DNA from: an uncultured Haloferula sp.
GTDB taxonomy: Bacteria > Verrucomicrobiota > Verrucomicrobiia > Verrucomicrobiales > Akkermansiaceae
Assembly (NCBI GenBank): GCA_965652295.1
Contig: CBFGTS010000002.1
Location: 256,001-320,000 of the forward strand
DNA length: 64,000 bases
Direction of reading: 5' to 3'
Below, in pieces: positions 38,501 through 45,605 of this stretch. The notes under the pieces are model-generated. The model was given only the letters and a program-made list of their open reading frames with translations, had not been told where the DNA came from and ran no database searches. Each line of letters starts with the position of its first letter. Within the stretch, counting starts at the first letter, position 1. Both the position numbers and the translations under genes were made by a program.

Positions 38501-41500
38501 CGTCGAATGAAATCGCTCGGTGCGCGCGTACACGGTCAGATTGCTCGCCGGATCGTAAGTGTAGTCCTCCTGTTCATACACCTCATCCCAAGTCACGTCG
38601 TTGGGCGGATTGGTCCCGCCGCCGCCGGTTTCGCCCGACGAACCTCCTCCGAAGAAGGTGTAGCCTCGGCCAATTCTTGAACTCGTATTTTCCGAGGTGA
38701 ATTTCTGGCTGCTGGTCATCGGATAGATCGACATCCCGGACCCGGAGGCATGCGAACCGTAATCATACGACTCCAAAATGAGGGGGATGCCGAGCCTGCC
38801 GTCAGAGACCGTGACCTTCCGCAGCAAATTCGGTCCAGCAGGGTCGGTCGGCGGGTTGTACGTGTAACGCTTGACCTCGCCCTCGCCATCCTTGAGACGG
38901 ACAATGAGATCGCCCGTCGCTTCGGTCGGCGAAACCACCACCGGCTCCGTGAGCATCTCGCCGTTCACCGCGGCCGAGCTTGCGCGGAGCGTGGTGAGGA
39001 AGGCGCTGTTGAACTGACGAAAGCGGTACCAGCGGGCTCCGTTGGAGGTCTGCTCCAGGATGGAGAGAATGGTTTTGCCGCCGGGGTTGCTGTAAATGAT
39101 CTTCTTGTTGCCGTCCGGCCGGGTCTCGACGGTCTTGACCGCCCACGTGTTGACCTGGAAGAGGCTGGGATTGGCGGTGTTCCGGAAATACTGGTAGCCG
39201 TACGGCTTGGCTCCTCCCTGCACCTTCTCCAAGGTGACCCGCCGCTCATCGTCGTACTCGAAGTAGTAATCGCTGTAAGGCTCGAGTTCGGCATCGGTGA
39301 GTAGTTCCGGATCCTCGCCATCCGCCGTCAGCCTGCGGCACCCCTGCGGCCCGACCACGAACTTCAGGCCGTGGAGAAAGCCCTTGGACTCCCCCGTTTC
39401 ATAGTAGCGGTAGAAATTCCGCCGGATTTCCTGGAACGCCGTGCCATTCCACTCTTCCACGATCACGTGCTTGAGGTCGCCCTCCGTGCCTCCGCTCTCA
39501 CCGCTCACGTAGTAGTTGTAGCGGACCCGGCGCAACACCGTGCCGTCCATAATCTGGGTGATCACGGACATCAGGCCGGCTTCTCCCCCGGTGGTATGAT
39601 AGTCGTAGTCAAAGGACACCGTCCGCGTGCCGTCCGACCACGTCACCAGATCCACGCGACCGTCGCCATAGTAGGTCACCAGGCCCTCGTTGCCATACCG
39701 GTTGCTGAATTTCCAGATCTTGCCCCGGAGGTTCTCCGACGCTCCCTGCCCGTAGTAGGTTTTCCTGCTGCCGTCCCCGAGCTCCAAGGTGACCCCATCC
39801 GTGTTGCTCACCAGGCGGCTGCGTCCGCCGAACTGGTTGTCCGCCACACCACCGCTGAAAGGAGCGAACCATTCGCTGGTGTCGGCTCCGGTGACCACCA
39901 CCGACATCTCGCCGGACTCTCCCTGGCCGGTTTGGAAATGGGACAACTGTTCGGAGAGCCAACGCGCCCCGTTGTAGCCGGTGCCGTTGCCGTTCATCCC
40001 ATTGGAGTAGCTGCGCTTCTGCCCCCAGCGAAATCCCAAGCCTTTCCAGGCGAGGTCCTCCACTTCGTACAGCAGCTCGCCGGTGAAATACCTCACCGGG
40101 TTGTTGCTAGCCTCATCCTGGTTGCAAGAAGCATCACCGTCCGATCCATTTTCGGTTCCGTTCTCGCTTGAGGTCTCACTGACCCCGCCACCCTGCCCGC
40201 CGCACTTGCACCGGGGAGAGGCGGGTTGGCCATAGGATGAGCCTGCGGAACCGCTGCTCCAACCACTGCCCGAGGAACCGCCACTGCCCGAGGAACCGCC
40301 ACTGCCCGAGGAACCGCCGCTGCCCGAGGAACCGCCGCTGCCCGAGGAGCCACCACTGTCCGAGGAGCCGCCGCTGTCCGAGGAGCCGCCGCTGTTCGAA
40401 GAGCCGCCGCTGTCCGAAGAACCGCCGCTGTCCGAGGAGCCACCGCTGGATGAATCCGAGCTGCCGCTGGAACCCGGGTCGGGCGGCTCGTCCGACGACG
40501 AAGAGCCGTTGGTACTTCCCGAGCTGGGCGGGCCAGGAGGAGCCTCTCCTTCCAAGACGACGTAGCGGGCTTTGTTGCGCTCCACTCCGTCATAGAGATA
40601 CTTCACCGCGGCGTCTGTGTTCGGGCCCGTTTCTTTGATCAGATTCCCGCTCGCGTCATACCAGCGGCGGGTTTCGAGGGCTGCTGCGGTCAGCTCCCCC
40701 GTGGTTTCATCCGCACCCTGCACTTCCTCAAGGTACACCTGGCCCTGCTCGTTGTAGTGAGTGACCTGGCGTCCCAGATAATGGCCGGCCCCGACTTGAT
40801 CCCGATAGCGCACCACTTCGGTCAATTGACCCTGCCGGTCGTGTACGTAGGTCGTGAGCAGATCCACGGTCCCGTCGGTCGTCTGGCTCAGCCTCAGACG
40901 GTCACGGAAATCATACTCCATGATCTCGATCCGGTCTTCCGCATCGTCCGAACTGACCTTCCGCGTCACCCGGGTCAGGTTCCCATTTCCTCCCGGCACC
41001 CCGTTGTCGTACTCGTATTCCTCCACCGGGAGCATGTTGTTGGAAGTGCTTGAGCCTCCCGCCGGATCGGAATCGGTCGCGCCGTCGTCGTCGGTGCCCA
41101 CCCACTTCGAGGTCACGAGCCCGCGCGCATCATAGACACTCCGGGTGATGGTTCCCGTCTCGTCCTTGACCCGGACAAGACGGTCCATTTCGTCGTATTT
41201 GTATTCAACGAGTTCGTAGTTGTCGTGCTGCGTTCCCTCCCCGCTGTCCGGGATCTTGTGGTAGATCTTCCTGCTCAGCAGCTTGCCCCAAGGGTCGTAG
41301 TGGTTGGTCGTCCACTTCCTGCGGTTGGAGTAAGCTTTGAGGTTCGAGGCTTCACTGGGAGAAAGAGGGCCGTTGTTCGACTGCCTGACGGCACCGATTT
41401 CCTCCACCACCCGTCCAAACGCGTCCGTGCGCGTGATCGTCACCAAGCCGACCGTCGTGTAGTCGTAGGAACTTCCCGATGCCACCGCGTAGCCGCGCGC

Positions 41501-41911
41501 TTCCCAACGCTCCAAGCTCGGGTCGAAATAGAGATAAAGCTGCACCTGCCGGACCTCCTCCACGACATCCATCACCTCGTGGGGCGGCCCCATTTCAACG
41601 AGAATCCGCCCGAGGTCATCGCGTTCGTAAAGCGTTTCCAAATTCAAGCCTCCGCCAGCCGGGGTGACCCAATTGCCGGGAGCGCCATCCCCATACGGTG
41701 ACGACGTATCCACATCCTCCACCCTCCGCGTCAGGGCACCGGTCAGCGGATCATACTCGTAACTGGTGATGAAGCCACGGGGGGACTTTTCCCAGTTCAG
41801 ACGACCGGACACTCCGAACACCTGCTGCACCTGATCCTGCACCCCGGTTCCTCCTGACCCGGGCGAAACCAAAGGCATCGAAATCCACTTCTCTTGAATC
41901 TGGTAACTCAT
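35600..41911 (-). CDS. Rhs/YD-repeat polymorphic toxin (~2100 aa) with internal DUF6531-like motif, Ser/Gly linkers and Cys-rich C-terminal toxin domain
   Basis: Many YD/YxYD..GR repeats; core end YYNFGFRYL...[34 protein letters not shown]; GC drop after the core; start placed at MSYQIQEK. Confidence 0.93.
   Translation of the reverse strand: [2103 protein letters not shown]
40232..40447 (-). repeat. 18-bp coding tandem repeat, 12 units (10 x SGGSS[D/N/G] + SGWSSG + SAGSSY)
   Basis: Units such as ccgaggaaccgccactgc repeated in tandem within the Rhs gene. Confidence 0.92.
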
Positions 41912-41947
41912 TTGCTTTAAATCGGTTGAAATCAAAAATCTCCGTTT

Positions 41948-43012
41948 TCAGGCTGCCGAGGAGCTCCTCAGCTCGGCGCATCCCATGGTTCCTTCATTCA
42001 GGGCATGGGCGAACAAACCGTTGAAAGGGTAGCCGATCAGCTCATCGAGCTTCGCTTGACCCACATCCAGCACCGAACTGGACCAGCACGATCGCACCCT
42101 GCCCATCGGAATGGCCTCGTGTGAAATCCCCGGCACCAATTGCATGTCCATTGCTTCGCGCGCGATCAGCTGAAGCCACTTGCGCAGCTCCTCGTCACTT
42201 CCCACGCACGCATCGAGACCGATGTCCTCAAGGGTTCCTTCCTTCAGGTTGTTGCCGAAATGCACGAACTGCTTCAGCCGCTCCGCATCGTGCGAGCCCG
42301 GCTCCACCACAACGAAAGGCAGCCGCGAACTGAACCCGGAGAAATTCCACCACAGGCGAGGGTTGGTGCGTCCTGAAATGTTGCTCGAACCGGCTTCCTG
42401 GCCCGCCATCCACCACGTGGGCGCATAGGTCCGCCATCTTCCGGCCTCATGCGCCAACCCAAGCTGGTGGTCGATATGCCACCCGCCCCTCGCGATGTAG
42501 TCCGGCGCATAGCAGACGTGCTGCTGAAACTCCACCATGGCCCGCCGGTGCAGCGCGAACGCGTGGGTCCGGTTCACATTCGCGCAGCGAAACACGTAAG
42601 AGCTGCCGAGCACAGGATCGGGATCGCGCAGGTGCTGGCCACCCAGATAGATCTGCCCCCAGTCCCCGGGAACCTCGTGCATCAACCGCCAGAGAAGCTC
42701 CGGCGAGCGCTCGTGGAACACCACGTCATCCTCCAGAACCAGATAATTATCAATGCCATCCATGATCGCATCCTGGACGATTCTGACATGCGTCTGAAGA
42801 CATCCCCAGGCTCCGTTCCCGCCCTTGAAATACGCCGGCGGGGGACTCCAATCGCCCGACAGGGCACGGACCCAATGCAACCGGCTCACGTCCGCAATAT
42901 CCACTTCCGCCAGATGCTTCTCCAGTCTCGCGCGACGATCCTTCTTATAGGGAAGGTTGATCACGTACACCCGCTCGAAGTAGTCCGTAAGCCTTCCTCT
43001 TCTTGACATCAT
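41948..43012 (-). CDS. GT25-family glycosyltransferase with ~130-aa C-terminal extension
   Basis: VYVINL...DRR, GAWGCLQTH, LVLEDDV, THAFAL, HIDHQL, AGQ...SSNI; stop lies 36 nt before the Rhs ATG. Confidence 0.8.
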   Translation of the reverse strand: MMSRRGRLTDYFERVYVINLPYKKDRRARLEKHLAEVDIADVSRLHWVRALSGDWSPPPAYFKGGNGAWGCLQTHVRIVQDAIMDGIDNYLVLEDDVVFHERSPELLWRLMHEVPGDWGQIYLGGQHLRDPDPVLGSSYVFRCANVNRTHAFALHRRAMVEFQQHVCYAPDYIARGGWHIDHQLGLAHEAGRWRTYAPTWWMAGQEAGSSNISGRTNPRLWWNFSGFSSRLPFVVVEPGSHDAERLKQFVHFGNNLKEGTLEDIGLDACVGSDEELRKWLQLIAREAMDMQLVPGISHEAIPMGRVRSCWSSSVLDVGQAKLDELIGYPFNGLFAHALNEGTMGCAELRSSSAA

Positions 43013-43148
43013 GCTCCACCCTCTATTGGACTTCGCTGCGTAGTGGCAAGAGTTTTTGATGAAGCCACTGAGATTTCATCATCCTGACCCACCACCATCA
43101 CCTCGGCACAAGCCCGCCGTCTTCCTCATAACTCTCGATTTATCAATC

Positions 43149-44051
43149 ATGTTTGAAAGTTACAAAATTGTTGCAGTCACCTGCTACGGGCGCCGCCGCT
43201 ACACCGAGCTTTTGACCCGCTACACCCGCAGCTGCCCCCTCATCGACACCCATCAGCTTTGGATCAACACCCGGAACCCCGACGATCTGGCAGAAGCGGA
43301 GCTCTACTGCAAGCAAGACCCTGGATTCTTCGAGCTCGTTCATTGTGAAGTGCCTTACGACCAGCTTTCCGGGTCGCACCGGCTCGCCTGCTTCTATCCT
43401 CTGCTCCCCTCCGCTCCGGACACCATCTACCTCCGGTTTGACGACGATATCGTCTGGATGGCGGACGACGCCGTTGAAAAGCTTCTAACCGCGAGGTTGG
43501 CAAACCCTCTGCCGCTCCTTGTGTACGCCAACACGATCAACAACTCGCTTTGCTCGCACCTCCATCAACGCCGGGGAGCACTGCCAGCGGTCCCGCACCT
43601 TGAATACGACTGCCTCGGCGCGAATTCCTGGCGAAACGCCGAAACCGCGAAGGTGATCCATCGCCTCTTCCTCGATCGTTTGGAATCCGGAGAACCCCCG
43701 ACGGACTTCCTTTTCGACAACCATTCCCTGGAATCCTACCAACGATGCTCCATCAACTGCATGGCTTGGTTCGGACGCGACAATCACGCCCTGAGATCCG
43801 GCGTCGCCCGGGACGAGGAGCACGAGCTTTCCTGTGTCATCCCGAGGCTGCTATGCCGGCCGAACCTCATCGCAGGCGATGCTTTGGTCAGTCACTTCGC
43901 CTACCACACCCAGAGGGCGTCGTTGGAACAGGATTCCTCGTTCCTCGAACGATACCGGGCTCTTGCGCCACCCCGGGCACCTGCCGGTCCTCGTCCGAAA
44001 CCTCGGAACCATCCCACGCTCCCTCTTCGTCGCGAAAGCGCCGCCGCCTGA
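43149..44051 (+). CDS. Putative GT-A-fold glycosyltransferase (orphan family)
   Basis: YGRRRY, IYLRFDDDIVW, VYANTINN, CSINCMAW, DEEHELS, VSHFAYHTQR; start placed at MFESYK. Confidence 0.6.
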   Translation: MFESYKIVAVTCYGRRRYTELLTRYTRSCPLIDTHQLWINTRNPDDLAEAELYCKQDPGFFELVHCEVPYDQLSGSHRLACFYPLLPSAPDTIYLRFDDDIVWMADDAVEKLLTARLANPLPLLVYANTINNSLCSHLHQRRGALPAVPHLEYDCLGANSWRNAETAKVIHRLFLDRLESGEPPTDFLFDNHSLESYQRCSINCMAWFGRDNHALRSGVARDEEHELSCVIPRLLCRPNLIAGDALVSHFAYHTQRASLEQDSSFLERYRALAPPRAPAGPRPKPRNHPTLPLRRESAAA

Positions 44052-44096
44052 GAGGGGCGATCCCCGTGTCATTCGTTCATTCTGTCTCCATCCATC

Positions 44097-45551
44097 ATGC
44101 AACACGTCGTCGTCCAGCAGCACCGGGGAGCCCGAACCTACCAATTCACCCACTGCTACGAAAACCGGGGCGAGGCGGTTCGCAACCTCGTCGAGGACAC
44201 GGTCGAGCGGTTCAATATCCGCGATGATTTCGAATTCTCGGTCTGCACCGAGGACCACTCGCATCCCGGCTGCGACTACCACTTTTCGGTCAGAAAGGGC
44301 GAGTATGCCGTCTCCTTTCCGCAGTTCCTTTTCGATGGCTGGCCGCATTGCGGGATCGCTAACTACGAGGAGGTCCGGAAATCGCTCACCGATGGTCCGC
44401 CGGACAGCAACAAGCTGGGATGGATCGGCAATCCCACCACTCATTGGAGACGCCGCAAGTTTCTGAACGATTTCTCCAACGCTGATTTCGCCGAAGGCAT
44501 TTCCAACATTTGGAACACCAGGGAAAGGGACGCTCAGTGGAGGAACACGCCGACCTACCTCTCGCTTCCCCAACAGATACAGCGCTGGAAATACCTCCTC
44601 GACATTGAAGGAGTCGGCTGGTCAGCCCGCCTCCCTCTTCTCCTGTCCTCCCCCAGGATCGTATTCATCGTCGAGCGGGACTGGGTGGAATGGTGGCATG
44701 AGCACTTGGTGCCGTGGAAGCATTTCGTTCCAATCGATCGCGATCTATCTTCGCTCGAAGAGGCCTACCACGCCGTCGAGTCGGACGAGGCACTCCAGAA
44801 GCACATTTCGCTCCATCAACGTGAATTCGCCCTGCGGCACCTCACCCGCGATGCGGCCCTTGAGCGGATCCGGCACCTTCTGTCGCAACGACTACAACCG
44901 CCGAGCGCCAAGGCGGCCACGTCCAAGAACGGTCAACCGCGAAGGAACCGGCTTACTCCTCGCAGCGTCGACACACGGGTCCGCTCGTGGAAAGATGTGC
45001 TGGAAGAGCAAGCCAAACCCTTCCGACTCGTCGTCGCATCCTACTCGGAGAATCTGGATTGGACGCAGGCGGTCCAAGGGCGTGTTTGTATTTATGATGC
45101 CTCGGGTCGATCTGATTTTCCGGGGGCCATCCCAATCGAGAACCGGGCAAGGGAAGCCAGCCAATACCTGCACCACATCATCACCCACTACCCTGATTTC
45201 CACGAGTGGGAGATCTTCGTGCAGGGAAACCCCTTCGATCACTGCAACGATCCCATCCTCCGTGGTGAGCCATTGCCGGAGAACTGGACACCTTTTCAGC
45301 CCTTGGGAAGAATGGCGGTGTTCAATCCACACCACTGTGCGCACGACCGGTTCGCGGCGCAATTCGCGCGCGAATGGTTCGGTGGGATACCGCGCAACCT
45401 CCACTGGGTGGTCGGCGCGCAGTTCGCGGTTCACCGGAAGGTGATCTTGAACCGCTCCCTCAGCTATTGGCAACGCCTTCATGCCAAGACCTGTGAGGAA
45501 CACAAAACGTCGCCATGGGCTTTGGAGCGCCTCTGGTTCCGGATTTTCTGA
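44097..45551 (+). CDS. GT90 (CAP10/POGLUT-like) glycosyltransferase fused to a DUF3431-like domain
   Basis: KLGWIGN, LSL.QQ..WKYLLDIEGVGWSARL..LL, EWW...LVPWKHFVPI; then VVASYSENLDW, N.AREA.QYLHHII..Y, FVQG.PFDH, GAQFAV.R..I, LERLW..IF. Confidence 0.8.
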   Translation: MQHVVVQQHRGARTYQFTHCYENRGEAVRNLVEDTVERFNIRDDFEFSVCTEDHSHPGCDYHFSVRKGEYAVSFPQFLFDGWPHCGIANYEEVRKSLTDGPPDSNKLGWIGNPTTHWRRRKFLNDFSNADFAEGISNIWNTRERDAQWRNTPTYLSLPQQIQRWKYLLDIEGVGWSARLPLLLSSPRIVFIVERDWVEWWHEHLVPWKHFVPIDRDLSSLEEAYHAVESDEALQKHISLHQREFALRHLTRDAALERIRHLLSQRLQPPSAKAATSKNGQPRRNRLTPRSVDTRVRSWKDVLEEQAKPFRLVVASYSENLDWTQAVQGRVCIYDASGRSDFPGAIPIENRAREASQYLHHIITHYPDFHEWEIFVQGNPFDHCNDPILRGEPLPENWTPFQPLGRMAVFNPHHCAHDRFAAQFAREWFGGIPRNLHWVVGAQFAVHRKVILNRSLSYWQRLHAKTCEEHKTSPWALERLWFRIF

Positions 45552-45605
45552 CCCACCGTCCTCCTCATTCGCCGGGTTGGAAGCCCCGGATCAGCTCCCG
45601 CCACC

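Noticed and set aside
40232..40447. Tandem repeat considered as a CRISPR array
   Set aside because: Contiguous 18-bp in-frame coding units with no unique spacers and no cas genes.
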